Below, one piece after another: positions 1 through 12,684 of a stretch of DNA of 64,000 nt (positions are counted from its first letter, which is position 1; every line of letters begins with the position of its first letter). A model generated the notes under the pieces. The model saw only the letters and a list, made by a program, of their open reading frames with translations, did no database searches and was not told the DNA's origin. A program made the translations under genes and the position numbers. The stretch spans positions 134,974,001 to 135,038,000 of the forward strand of contig CM059427.1 of assembly GCA_030390025.1 (NCBI GenBank), given 5' to 3'. The stretch is from Squalus acanthias. Lineage: Eukaryota.

Positions 1-723
1 TATCATATGAAAACGGTTTTACACTTAGCATGGGAAGAGAACGGACACATCGAGGGAAAATCCTAAAATTACAATTTTAGCAATATCCCCATTAATCCCC
101 ACCCTTATGCCTAACTAAAATTGTCTTGCGACAGCCAGAAGAAAGATAATGCTCACCGGTGAAATGGATGGAAAAACCTGGCCCTGTGCTCTGTTTCTGC
201 CGTCGACACGTGGCTCCGAAGTTTCTGGTAGTCTTCTTTCTTAGCTGCTGGCAGACAGAGCGAACCGAGGGTCCAGGCAGAGAGAGAGAAAAATGGCTGG
301 GTCTTCCCATTTATACCCCTCCCGGATGCCCTAATCTTCCCACCGATCAGCACATTTCTATTGTCTGATCTGGGCATGATGAATTTTAACAAAAGGTACT
401 GGTCTCGGCCCATCATGGTAGATGGCCGGTAATGGTGTGATACCAGTTCTTCAACTGCCACCCTATTGTTCGACAGGTTGGATGATTGTCCAGAACAGTT
501 CCGTTGATGGGCCCAGCGCCGTCTCAATGTCTCCGCTGATTACTTGAGCAAACACCTTGAAAGCCTTATGCATAGACCTGATTGTAATGCATAAGGAAAG
601 GTCCTGTCCTGTTGCAGACATCGGAATACACCAGCTGACACGAGGTCCGACCGCAGCCATTTTATGCCCTGGATTTTAAAACTCAGTCTGACCAGGGTTT
701 CTTTATTAATAAGTCCAACAACA
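1..723 (-). mobile_element. Probable LTR (retroviral or Gypsy type), running off the window edge
   Basis: On the - strand it begins TGTTG..., has a TATA box (GGGTATAAATGGG, ~307-319) followed by a pyrimidine tract, and has no credible ORF. Architecture only. Confidence 0.35.
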
Positions 724-1261
724 AACATCTTCGGGGGGGGAACACATGAAATTTTGCGACTCCTTTCAGTGCTGCATTTGTACTTTGTTTTCTGCCCATT
801 TTTACATTCCGGCATAAGAAAATAAGCTCCGCAGGAAATTTCGGCACGGGTTCCTTTTGGCAAGATCGGCACCGAAACCGGTGTAAATTACATAGAAACA
901 TAGATAGGGTGTAATTTCTGTGCAAATGCAATCCAGGAAATTCCAGGCCAATATATTCAGCACTTGCAATGGTTGAAGTATGGCCCTATGCAAATATTAA
1001 TGATTACATGTTTTTAGCAATGCATGTTTGTTACCATAAACTGTAGAAAGATTACATAATAAAATCAAACCTCCACACTATACTGGGCATTTAGGTAAAT
1101 TCATGTATTTTTTCAAATGAATGTAATCTGATGTGGTCCTCAGAGGTAATGTGGCACTTATAGTGATAGACTGGGCTATCTAAGTTGGGATCAGTCTCCA
1201 AAAGGGAAGACTGGAATTGATATTCCAAGCAGTATATATAACTGATCCTTATTACAATTAC

Positions 1262-1519
1262 ATTTGGCTCAGTCGTTCCCAACAGTTGTTGGTGAACACA
1301 CGAGCAATGCGAACATCCCAGCAAAGTGTCCTGATTGAATGGAGTCTCTGATTGTTTCAGGACTGATTGCCACAGTGAGCTCAGTCTTTTCCATAACGCG
1401 AGGTGAGGCAAGATTTCCCGCTCCGAACTCAGCTCCATTACTCTTTTGGAATGTACATCACCATCAATATTATACACAAAAACACAGATAAAAATCACTA
1501 CAGTAATGGGCCAGGGCAT
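1262..1519 (-). CDS. Candidate coding exon of an unidentified secreted protein (signal peptide plus dibasic sites); ORF stays open to 1091 if unspliced
   Basis: ATG with A at -3 and an in-frame upstream stop; hydrophobic MPWPITVVIFICVFVYNIDG; acceptor tgtctgttttcag before 1602; possible donor AAT|GTAATT at 1262/1261; no repeat similarity visible. Confidence 0.5.
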
Positions 1520-2095
1520 CTTTTACTTGCTGGGTGACAGTGTCTGTAATGCTGAGAAAGCCATTCTCATCCTGCTGCAGTTGCAGACTGAGGTGTTCAG
1601 TGCTGAAAACAGACAAATTCATAACTGCAATTCAATCCTGGTCCGAGAGGTGAGCGATGATCACCGGCAAGAATAGAATTTAAACAAAGTTCTAATAATA
1701 CAAATGGAAATGTCCAAATTAATAAAGAAACATGCCCATCAATACAACATCCAACCATGTTAACCCTGATATTCTTCCAGTTCTGACAAAAGGTTATTGG
1801 CTTGAAATGTTGGGGGAACTTCTAACCTCCAGGAATGGGTGGGGGTTTTAAAATTCATGATTTTTCGATCGTGACCGCAACCCGGCTCCAACACGCCCAC
1901 TTCCAGGTTTAACGGTGGTGCATTTGGATGCCAGTGAGAAACTTGTTGAACTCAGGGATTTAATTATTGCAGGCGGGCCGTTAGTTACTGGTGCAATTAA
2001 CATCCTTAGGAGATATTAATGAGCTTGGAAATTGAATTTCATTTGGCTCTAAATTTAATGTCTCCAGCACAGGTTTCCCAGGGCGCAGGAAACTG

Positions 2096-2297
2096 TGAGG
2101 TCGCACAACACCAGGTTATAGTCCAACAGTTTTATTTGAAATCACAAGCTTTCGGAACTATCGCTCCTTCCTCAGGTGAAGTGGAAGGAGCGATAGTTCC
2201 GAAAGCTTGTGATTTCAAATAAAACTGTTGGACTATAACCTGGTGTTGTGCGACCTCTCAATTTTGTCCACCCCAGTCCAACACCGGCATCTCCGCA
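2096..2297. mobile_element. Penelope-like inverted pseudo-LTR remnant (palindromic insertion)
   Basis: Near-perfect inverted repeat ~2098-2256; 11-bp TSD GCAGGAAACTG at 2085-2095 and 2298-2308. Confidence 0.85.
2142..2179 (-). ncRNA. Minimal type I hammerhead ribozyme motif (Penelope pLTR)
   Basis: UCAC-CUGAGGA-A-GGAGC(GAUA)GUUCC-GAAAGCUU-GUGA: conserved core, stem I UCAC/GUGA, 5-bp stem II, palindromic AAGCUU in place of stem III. Confidence 0.7.
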
Positions 2298-4592
2298 GCA
2301 GGAAACTGACCAGGGAACAGGAGACGAGAGTGAGTTGCAGTTTAAGTGGATATTTAAACTTGTCATTGCCTCATCTGAATAAAACCTCACTGATTACAGG
2401 TGGTGTCTCAGTCTCAATGATAGTCCCTGGAGTTCAGCATCTGTGTCCAGCTGAGCAGAGCATAGAGAGGATTGCGCCCCCCACACGAACTCTTCACAGC
2501 TGTCCCTGCCACCAGTGTCTGCTTGTGCTCACTTGTAAGATGTGAATCACCAGGTGAAAACCCAACTAACTGTCTAACTGGACCCACCGAAGTGCAAGTA
2601 TTTGTGCTTGTGAATGGCTGTAGGTCCTGTGACGGTGCACCCTCAGAAGGAATGAGGTCCTCTGAGGAATTGTCTTCATGGATGTCATGCAACACTTGCT
2701 GTACATGTGAAAGCCCTGAAAGACAAGAAATGGATATGATTTAGTCGTGGCAAAGTAACAATCTTGACAATCACCATACTCAGACTTCTCATAGTTCAGT
2801 CATTGATGAAATAAATATGCATTAGAGATATTTGTAATTCTGTCACCAGCTATCTGCAAGTTCCCTGTCTCTCCAGCTCCAACTGAGAGGGACGCAGATT
2901 TGCCACTTATCTCCAGGCCTCCTCCTCTGCATCTGATAGCTGGACTATTTGTGGTGGCCCACCGACAGTCCTCTCCCTCTCCCTTGTGTTTTGTGCTCTC
3001 TCTACAAGGGGCGCCAAAACAGATCTGTGAGTGAGTGAAGGTGGGGTATTCACTCGATGGATGCAGTGCATTCGGTGAGGGTGACTATGAGACAGATGCA
3101 TCACACTGCATAAGCATTGGGGTGAGTGACAACAGTGGATGGATAAATGGGGAGGTGATGAAGTGCATAGAAAGAGAAGGCTGGGTGCTGCTGACAGTTG
3201 AGTGGATGTAAGGAGTGATGTGACAGAGAACACTTGGCAAGACAGAGTGAAAAGAGGCAGAGGCTTAGACCACAAGATGTAGTTGAATTGGCAAGTACTC
3301 ACTTTCCTTGACCTGGTTAGGTCATTAAACTGCTTCCTACATTGCATCCAAGACCTGGACACAACGCTCCTGCTGCTCACCTCCTCAGCTACCTCCAACC
3401 ATGCCTGCTTGTTGAGAGTCGTAGGTTTCTTCCTCCCATTGCTGGGGAAAAGGATGTCCCTCCTGCTCCTGACTGCACCCAGCAGTAATTCCAGTGATGG
3501 CTCATTGAATTTGGGTGCTGCCCTTGCTCTATGTGCACCATCCATCGTGAACACCTCCAATTTCCATCTGGGCATTGTCTCTTTAAATACAGCTGAGATC
3601 GTGTCAGGTGGGTGCGCATCATGCCCGCTGTGCAGCTTGAAGACAGGAAACCCGGAAGTCAACATTAATTGCTTCAAATGAGTTGCAATCGCAGATTCTG
3701 ACCTGCTGAATTGACTTCTGGGTTTCACCCACGCAATTCGTTTCTCCTCTATTAGACTAACTAACTTATGATTAATTTAAATCATCTTAAATGTCTGATA
3801 ACATGAGGAAATCATGAAAGTGAATTAAATCCTATCTAAATCGAAGTTGGGAAATAATTAAACCGAAAGGCTTTTGGGCAGCAAAGGCGGTGACACAAAA
3901 AGGCACGGTTTTCAAACTCGAACAAATGAAAGTTTCTTTCAAAGTTTGTATCTGTTCAGAAACGAACCAGTGCCTCATTGTTATGGGCTGTGGCATAAAC
4001 AAATACAATTTTTTCATCCTCCCCTTACGCTGTGCAACAGGCTCCTGCGCCTGTTTGCACCAGACGTAAAAATTTTCAGGATAATTAATGCGCAGTAGGT
4101 GGGCAATTAGCCCAACTTTACGCCAGCACGTTGATTTGAATGAGGAGGTGAAACGTGCAGCGAAGCTGATGTGCAGTCGGAACTTGACAAGCGCATGCGG
4201 AAATACCCAATTTACGGTCAATTTCAAAGGCGGATTTGACGGCATACTCTGAGAGTACGCTGTCATACCGACCGCAAATTCAGGGCCATAGAGTTTACCT
4301 TTGATGGTTAAGTGCGTTTAGTAAACAATACTTCAAAATGTAATGGCTCTGCGGAATCTGTACCAAGAATTTTACAATACATAACTATTTTAGCATTATG
4401 CAAATAGCAATTTAAACAACCGTGTTCTCAGATAGCAACTGCTTTACCATTGGGATTCCAATATCAACGTGTTCCATGGTGCCAAAGAGCAATTGCAAAA
4501 CCAAGTCTTCCTTCAATTTTCTTGCATTGCTACATCAGTTACAACTAACATATAATTTGCTGAAAACACCACTAAACTATTTAAATGCTAAA

Positions 4593-4897
4593 ACGGAGTC
4601 CCCACAGTGCAGGTAGAGGCCATTTCGGCCCATCGAGCCTGCACCGACACATATCCCACCCTATCCCCGTAACCCCACGTATTTAATCCCCCTAACACTA
4701 AGGGTCAATTTATCATAGCCAAATCAACCTAACCCGCACATCTTTGGACTGTGGGAGGAAACCGGAGCACCCGGAGGAAACCCACGCAGACACGGGGAGA
4801 ATGTGCAAACTCCACACAGACAGTCAGCCGAGGCCGGATTCGAACCCGGGTCCCTGGCGCTGTGAGGCAACAGTGCTAACCACTATGCCACCGTGTT
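4593..4897 (-). mobile_element. HE1-type tRNA-derived V-SINE (short-tail variant)
   Basis: A box TGGCATAGTGG, B box GGTTCGAATCC, V-domain GTGGGTTTCCTCCGGGTGCTCCGGTTTCCTCCCACAGTCC, CR1-like tail. Confidence 0.95.
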
Positions 4898-5327
4898 CAT
4901 TGAAGTACAGTATTGCAGATTATTTTCAGATGTTTACCTAAATTTATGCCCTAAAGGGGAGAATTTTAACAAGGATTTGGGTGGAGGTGAAATCCTGGAA
5001 AAATGTGAGCGCGTCAGGAATCTGGCGCAAATCGTAGACTTCCACAACCCCCTCGGGAGAGGCGGGTTGTCAATTTCAATATGTTAATCGGTCAACTAGA
5101 GTGATATTGACATGGGTTTTGCAATTTATCTTTGGGTCCACGGGTTCCCCAGGCTTCCTGGAACTCGCCAGTGAAAGCAAGGCGAGAACACAACGGCAAT
5201 TGAGGGGGCTGAAGCCATGACAGGGCACAGCTGCTTTCCTACCTGCTTGTGTGAAAGGGTTTGTTCACAGTACTTGTGCTGAGAGGTTACTTTACACACT
5301 TTGGAGGTGTCATCTATACTCATCAGC

Positions 5328-6541
5328 ATGGGTGCCACTTACGCTGTGTTACTTTGAACCTCAGATGAGGTCCAAGATGACCACCAGCAGCAACAGGAGC
5401 AGCAGGACCTGCACCAGCAACAGCCTGCTGCTCACAGACCTGCAGCTCCACAGGAGAGAGGGGATCAGCAGAGAGCTGCCGCTCGCAGGAGGCCATACCC
5501 GACACACAGGGTCGACAGGCAGAGGATAAGCTTCCTCGCAATGTCAGAACACCAGTGTCTGAGGGAGCTGAGAGTGTCGCGTCAGGTGGTGGCAGACATT
5601 TGCTGGAACAAGACCTGCTGCCAACTGGACCTGGTGGCCACGCTTTACCAGTGGCTGTCAAAGTTACCACCGCCCTTAACATTTTTTGCCTCTGGATCCT
5701 TCCAGGGCTCTGCCGGAGACATTTGTAGGATCTCACAGTTGGCGGCACATAAATGCATAAGACAGGTGACTGATTGCTTCTTTGCCAGGGCCAGCAATTA
5801 TGTGAACTTCGCTTGCGATGACACCAATCAGAATGAGCGGGTGCTCGGGTTTGCGGTTCTGGCTGGCTTCTCACAGTTGCAGGATGTCATTGACTGCATA
5901 CATGTGGCAATAAAAGCACCCATAGATCACCCAGGTGTGTTCGTCAACCGCAAGGGCTTCCATTCCATCAGCATGCAGCTGGTGTGCAACCACAAAAAGA
6001 TCTTTATGCAGGTGTGCGCAAGATTCCTGGGCATGAGGCTTTCATCCTGCTGCAGTCCACCCTCCCTGATCTCTTTGCACCTTGAAGCAGAGTTACCGGC
6101 TGGCTGCTCGGAGACAAGGGACACCCACTTAAAACGTGGCTGATAACACCTCGCAGAAATCCGAGGAATGAGGCCCAGGAGCAATACAATGAATGCCGTA
6201 TGACCACCAGATATGTCATCGAACAGGCCATCGGCATGCAGAAGATGTGCGTCAGGTGCCTGGACAGATCTGGAGGCATCATTCAGTACACACCAGCCAG
6301 GGTCACCATAATGGTCGTGGTTTGCTGTGCTCTTCACAACTTTGTGCGACAGCGAGGTTTGGACCTGCAGGAGGAACAAGGCGCAGAGGACAGAGGTTCT
6401 TCAGAAGATTCTGAGGAGGAGGAAGAAGATGAGGCGTAGAGGGTGGAGGAGAAGGAGGAGGTGGAAGGTAATGTGGGCAAATCACCACCAGCGGTGCACA
6501 TTGTTGCCAGGGATGCCCTCATTATTGCGAGGTTCACTTAG
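5328..6541 (+). pseudogene. Frameshifted Harbinger DDE transposase (HARBI1-like)
   Basis: Motifs FFASGSFQ, VIDCIHV, VNRKGFHSI, LLGDKG, VIEQAIG..K...RCLD and CCALHN plus an acidic tail, spread over several reading frames. Confidence 0.92.
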
Positions 6542-7231
6542 GTTCCACCAGAACACCCATTAAACAACCACATGCAAAAGCCACTTTTGCCCACCCCAAT
6601 ACCAGTAAAACAAAGCAGTCCTGCATCGCTCGGTGTCAATTCATGTCTTTCCATTCATCATCACACAAATGAAAAGGCCACTTGTCAGCCAGCAACCAAT
6701 AATAGGCAAGACAGGAAAGTGGTGCAAAAGAATAATATTTATGTGGTTCACATATAAAATAGAAACTTAACATTCTAGCAATGTGTAACTCACCCATGTG
6801 CATACCCTTATGCAACTATAAATCTTTGCTCTTCTTTTTCCTAACACTTCTACGTGGTGCAACCCCAGTGGCTTCAGCAGAAGTACAGGCAGGCTGCTCA
6901 GATCCCTGCTCTGACTGCTGAGATGCTCTTAGCCAACGTCCTTCAGGTTTTGGAGCCCGTGGGGCTTCGGCAAAGACTGCACCACCTGCACCTTTACAAG
7001 GGCAGACTTGACCATTGGAACACGAGGCAACATGTGAGGTACTGACTGAGGGGGGAGCAACAGGTGAGAAGTGGAAGCACTTTGAGCCGAGTCCCCACTT
7101 ACATGTCCCCTTTCACCATCATCCCTCTCATGGCCCAGCCACACTTCGCAGCTAGCAATGTGCTGGAGAACACTTTGTTGCAGATCACTGGGGCAATGAA
7201 CAGCCACGGCTAGGGTATCATTCATCCTATT

Positions 7232-7657
7232 TAGAAACATAGAATCTAGGAGCAGGAGTAGGCCATTCGGCCCGTCGAGCCTGCTCCGCCATTCAATACG
7301 ATCATGGCTGATCATCCAAATCCAGTACCCTGTCCCTGCCCCAATCCCCACAGTACTCACATCCCACCCTACCCCCGTAACCCCACGCATTTAATTCCCC
7401 CTAACATATCCCATCCTATCCCCATAACCCCACATATTTAATCCCCCCTAACACTAAGGGTCAATTTATCATAGCCAAATCAACCTAACCCACACATTTT
7501 TGGACTGTGGGAGGAAACCGGAGCACCCGGAGGAAACCCACGCAGACACGGGGAGAATGTGCAAACTCCACACAGACAGTCACCCGAGGTCAGATTCGAA
7601 CCCGGGTCTCTGGCGCTGTGAGGCACCAGTGCTAACCACTATGCCACCGTGTTGCCC
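7232..7657 (-). mobile_element. HE1-type V-SINE, long-tail variant with internal duplication
   Basis: Same head and V-domain as 4593-4897; tail GATCAGCCATGATC...CCTACTCCTGCTCCTAGATTCTATGTTTCTA. Confidence 0.95.
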
Positions 7658-7832
7658 ACTAATTAAGGTGGCATTCATAGTGTGCAATGTAATTGCCATG
7701 TTTCATGCTCCATGTAGGTGGCCACACTTCCCATGGATGAAGACATCATCACAAAGGCCTGTGACATCATGCCACTCATGCTTGAGATGGACTCCTCCAA
7801 TCTCTCTGCAAGTGTGCACAGTGCGACTGGAA

Positions 7833-9479
7833 CCTGAGGTCCCCACCATCACAGAAGCCAGTCTTCAGCTAATTCGATTCACTCCACGTCATCTCAAGAA
7901 ACGGCTGTGCGCACTAGATACAGCAAAGGCTATGGGCCCTGACAACATCCTGGCTGTACTGCTGAAGACTTGTGCTCCAGAACTAGCCACGCCTCTAGCC
8001 AAGCTGTTTCAGTACAGCTACAACACTGGCATCTACCCGCCAAAGTGGAAAATTGCCCAGTTATGTCCTGTCCACAAAAAGGAGGACAAATCCAATCCAG
8101 CCAGTTACTGCCCCATCAGCCTACTCTCAATTTTCAGCAAAGGGATGGAGGGTTCATCGACAGTGCTATTAAGCGATACTTACTCACCAATAACCTGCTC
8201 ACCAATGCTCAGTTTGGGTTCCGCCAGGATCACTCTGCTCCAGACCTCATTACAGCTTTGATCCAAACATGGACAAAGGCGCTGAATTCTAGAGGTGAGG
8301 TGAGAGTGACTGCCCTTGACATCAAGGCAGCATTTGACCAAGTGTGGCATCAAGGAGCTCTAGTAAAATTGAAGCCAATGGGAATTAGGGGGAAAATTCT
8401 CCACTGGCTGGAGTCATACCTAGCCCAAAGGAAGATGGTTGTGGTTGTTAGAGGCCAAACATCTCAGCCCCAGGACATCGCTGCAGGAATTCCTCAGGGC
8501 AGTATCCTAGGCTCAATCATCTTCAGCTGCTTCATCAATGACCTTCCCTCCATCATAAGGTCAGAAGTGGGGCTGTTCGCTGATGATTGCACAGTGTTCT
8601 GTTCCATTTGCAACTTCTCAGATAATGAAGCAGTCAGTGCCCGCATGCAGCAAGACCTGGACAACATTCAGGCTTGGGCTGATAAATGGCAAGTAACATT
8701 TGTGTCACACAAGTGCCAGGCAATGACCATCTCCAACAAGAGGGAGTCTAGCCATTTCCACTTGATATTCAATGGGATTACCATCAACAAATCCCCCACC
8801 ATCAACATCTTGGGGGTCACCATTGACCAGAAACTTAACTGGACTAGCCACATAAATACTGTGGCTACAAGAGCAGGTCAGAGGCTGGGTATTCTGCGGC
8901 GAGTGACTCACCTCCTGACTCCCCAGAGCCTTTCCACCATCTACAAGACAGAAGTAAGGAATGTAATGGAATACTCTCCACTTGCCTGGATGAGTGCAGC
9001 TCTAACAACACTCAGGAAGCTCGACACCCTCCAGGACAAAGCAGCCCGCTTGATTGGCACCCACTCTACCACCTTAAACATTCACTCCCTCCACCACCGG
9101 CGTACCGTGGCTGCAGTGTGTACCATCTAAAAGATGCACTGCAGCAACTCGCCAAGGCTTCTTCGACAGCACCTCCCAAACCCGCAACCTCTACCATCTA
9201 GAAGGACAAGGGCAGCAGCCACATAGGAACACCATCACCTCCAAGTTCCCCTCCAAGCTACACACCATCCTGACTTGGAAATATATTGCCGTTCCTTCAT
9301 CGACGCTGGGTCAAAATCCTGGAACTCACTCCCTAACAGCACTGTGGGAGTACCTTCACCACATGGACTGCAGTGGTTCAAGAAGATGGCTCACCACCAC
9401 CTTCTCAAGGGCAATTAGGGATGGGCAATAAATGCTGGCCATGCCACGATGCCCACATCCCATGAATGAATAAAAAAAA
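7833..9479 (+). mobile_element. Non-LTR retrotransposon family B (CR1/L2 group), 5'-truncated, RT domain and 3' end
   Basis: KAMGPDNI..LKTCAPEL, ALDIKAAFD, GIPQGSILG, FADD; 3' end GGGCAATTAGGGATGGGCAATAAATG...ATGAATGAATAAAAAAAA; one frameshift near 8150. Confidence 0.95.
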
Positions 9480-9897
9480 GGATGTAGATGAATGTGCCAT
9501 TGCTCTCACCTTTCCTGCCCTGCTTACGTCATTAAACCGCTTCCTGAATTGTATCCCGGAGCATGGCACCACGCTCCTGCTGCTGACCTTTTGTGCCACC
9601 TCCAACCATGCCTTCTTGTTGTCCCCAGCCAGCTTCTTCCTCCCATTGCTATGGAACAGTATATCCCTCCAGACCCTCACAGCCCCCAGCAGCACATCCA
9701 GGGAGGCGTTGCTGAAGCAGGGTGCAGCCTTTGACCTTCTACCTTCCATGGCAACACTTGTTTCTCTCTCCTTCCCACCTCCAACTGCTTCAACATGCCT
9801 TTTTGGAGTGTCCCTTTAAACAGTGGAGTTGAAATCGTGTGATGCGGGTCGTCATCACACCCGCTCACGCTAATTGGTTGGGAAATCCGGATGTGAT

Positions 9898-10827
9898 ATG
9901 TACGTTGACGACACCCAGCTCTACCTCACTACCTCTTCTCTCGACCCCTCCACGGTGTCTAAATTGTCAGACTGCTTTTTATTAAATTCGTTTTTATGGG
10001 ATCAGGGTGTTGCTGGCAATGCCAGCATTTATTGCCCATCCCTAATTGCCCTTGAGAAGGTGGTGGTGAGCCGCCTTATTGAACCGCTGCAGTCCGTGTG
10101 GTGATGGTACTTCCACAGTGCTGTTAGGTAGGGAATTCCAGGATTTTGACCCAGCGACTGATGAAGGATCACCGATATACTTCTAAGTCAGGATGGTGTG
10201 TGGCTTGGAGGGGAACTTGGAGGTGGTGGTGTTCCCATGCACCTGCTGCCCTTGTCCTTCTAGGTGGAAGAGGTCCACCCTGGCTGGCCTCCCACATTCT
10301 ACCCTACGTAAACTTGAGGTCATCCAAAACTCAGCTGCCCGTGTCCTAACTCGCACCAAGTCCCGTTCGCCCATCACCCCTGTGCTCGCTGACCTACATT
10401 GGCTCCTGGTTAAGCAGTGCCTCAATTTCAAAAATCTCATCCTTGTTTTCAAATCCCTCCATGGCCTCGCCCCTCCTATCTCTGTAATCTCCTTCAGCCC
10501 CATACCCCCCCTGAGATATCTGCGCTCCTCTAATTTTGCCCTCTTGAGCATCCCTGATTATAATCGCTCAACCATTGGTGGCCGTGCCTTCTGTTGCCTA
10601 GGCCCTAAGCTCTGGAATTCCCTGCCGAAACCTGTCCGTCTCGCTACCTCTCTTTCCTCTTTAGACGCTCCTTAAAACCTACCTCTTTGACCAAGCTTTT
10701 GGTCACCTGCCCTAATTTATCCTTATGTGGATCGGTGTCAAATTTTTTGTCTTAATATACTCCTGTGCAGCGCCTCGGGACGTTTTACTACATTAAAGGT
10801 GCTATATAAATACAATTTGTTGTTGTT
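9898..10827 (+). mobile_element. L2 LINE 3' fragment, interrupted by a - strand family B 3' fragment (~9977-10275)
   Basis: YVDDTQLY, KLEVIQNSAARVLTRTK...ITPVLADLHWL, GGRAFCCLGPKLWNSLP; tail GCTATATAAATAC...TTGTTGTT. Confidence 0.92.
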
Positions 10828-11233
10828 AATGCAGTGGCTGGGTTAAAAAGCCACTGACTGACGCACTTCACATACTTCCGGATTTCCCACGTTATCGCGG
10901 CCCCCCCCGCCACCCCATCCACTGCTAGCGCATCTGAACATTAAAATCCAGGCCATATGTGTGTGTTCTACTTGAACCAAATAACATAAGCTCAGCAATC
11001 GGCCATTGAACCCATCCAGCCTGCTCTGCTATTTTGTTAGCCATAGTTCTCTTTATCTTAATCCTAATTCTCTACCTCTCTCCATAATCTTTTAATACTT
11101 TTACTCACCAAGTTTAAACACCGCAAATTATTCCACATCTATGGGGCAGTGTGTTGCTAATCCTCACTTTTTTTGTGAGAAATCTTTTTTCTGGATTTGA
11201 TTTTAATAATTTTAGATCTATATTTAAGATAAT

Positions 11234-11451
11234 GGGGTAGGTTTTCATCTTTACCGTCTGGGCATTAAGCATTACCTCGGCGGAGCACAGAGAGGAGAAC
11301 TGGGAACAACCCTGATTTTCTTTGCATTAATTTAAATGGCAACAATGTCAGGGTTCTGTTCGGGATGTGCAATGCTCGGCACCAGATTTTCCACTCTCCG
11401 CTCTGCCCAGGTGATAGTTAATGCCCAGTCGGTATAGACAAGAATCTACCC
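11234..11451. mobile_element. Small MITE with long imperfect terminal inverted repeats
   Basis: GGGTAGGTTTTCATCTTTACCGTCTGGGCATTAA mirrors TTAATGCCCAGTCGGTATAGACAAGAATCTACCC. Confidence 0.7.
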
Positions 11452-11579
11452 GTGTTTCCTTCTTCTGAATTCCTCCCCTTGAAGCAAGAGTCATCCTCTA
11501 TCTACTTTGTTCATTCCATTCATTATTTAAACATCTCAATACAACTACCCCTTCAAAAATAAGCAGTCTTAAATATTCT

Positions 11580-12473
11580 GTGGGAAAAATTCAGTTGGTT
11601 GCGCCTCCCGTTAGTGCCTTAAGAGGGCACTAATGGGGCGCAAAGCAACTAGCGCCTGGGCGCAGCGATGTTTGCGCCGCTCGTGAAATTAACTAGACAT
11701 TTTGCGGCGGCGCTAAACAGTACCGCCACGATCTCCTGCGCCGGCAGATCGTGACGTCAGTCGAGTGCGCAACGCCCCGGTAGCGCCCCGGAGCGGATAT
11801 TGAGTGGCGCCCACTGCCTTACCACCTGCTGCTAGCAACGACAGGTTGAGGGGAGCGTTTTGCAGTCAGGAAGGGACTGGGGGAGCGCTATTTAAAGGCG
11901 ACCGCTTCCTGCCTTTTTTTGTTGGCGACATTTTTGAACCACGCATTCTGAGAGAGAGAGAGAGAGAGACTTCTGGAGAGATTCAACGTTGTGTGAAGGA
12001 GTTTTGGGCACTGAGCAGCACTTTGCAGGTTCATTTTGATTTGCCCTTCCTTGTATCGATTTAGAAGAGACTGTGGGGGCTGCACTCTGAGCTCTTTCCC
12101 TGGGCCTCTCCATTGTTCTTTCCAGCAGATTTGATGTACAGGTCTCTCCAGGCCGAGATTCAAGGCTGCAATGAGCAGGATGTGGATGGAAAGCAAGATC
12201 AACCCTTCCCTTTAAGAACTGGCCAGCGCCAGTGTGTCTGTGTTCCATTGCTGACTGACATCACATGGGCTTCGCCAGCGCTCTGAGTTAGCGCCTCGCT
12301 CCTCGGCCTTTGCGCCTTAAGACAGATGTGTAGCGCCTGATTTAGCGCTCCAATCACCTCCGGGGCGATAAAAGTCAAGTTTGCAGTCGGAGGCGATAAT
12401 TAGCACCAGGCACTAATCTTTGCGCCCGGCCGATAATTGCGCCCCAAACGGGGCGATACTGAATTTTTCCCCC
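11580..12473 (-). mobile_element. GC-rich Harbinger-type MITE, family M1 (894 bp)
   Basis: TIRs G(T/G)GGGAAAAATTCAG, TSD TCT/TCT; inverted near-copy at 41319-42213. Confidence 0.9.
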
Positions 12474-12684
12474 TCTGTATTTTTTTGTTTTTGTTGTATG
12501 CTTACAGATCCTTAGAAATTTACAGCACAAAAGGACAGAGCAATCCAAAACAAACCGCATTGTTCTGTTCTCTCCCTATACACCTGTGTCTTCCTCTGCT
12601 TCAAATATTTATCCATTTTCCTTCAAAGAGGCTCTGGTCTCTGCCTCAACTGCTCATTGAGGATAAATAACTTGATCTCTCATC

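Larger units (their letters stand above)
1812..3740 (-). mobile_element. Internally deleted PIF/Harbinger transposon retaining a spliced Myb/SANT-like gene
   Basis: TIR-like GGGGGAACTTCTAAC at 1812. Myb exon RAAPKFNEPSLELLL...WLEVAEEVSSRSVVSRSWMQCRKQFNDL ends at a GTGAGT donor (~3301), with further exons near 3000 and 2717. No transposase. Confidence 0.85.
4956..10954. mobile_element. Decayed full-span PIF/Harbinger transposon with convergent transposase (+) and Myb/SANT (-) genes and nested insertions
   Basis: Imperfect TIRs GGGGAGAATTTTAA / GGCCTGGATTTTAA with flanks AAA and ATA; transposase ~5328-6541; Myb exon 1 ~9508-9749. Confidence 0.85.

Noticed and set aside
4744-4941. ORF MDCGRKPEHPEETHADTGRMCKLHTD (also the start of 7500-8261)
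   Set aside because: It is the antisense translation of the V-SINE, a recurrent annotation artefact, not a gene.
2907-6541. Domesticated HARBI1 or NAIF1/MSANTD host genes
   Set aside because: Frameshifts, stops, TIRs and multiple paralogous fragments in this window indicate decayed transposon copies.
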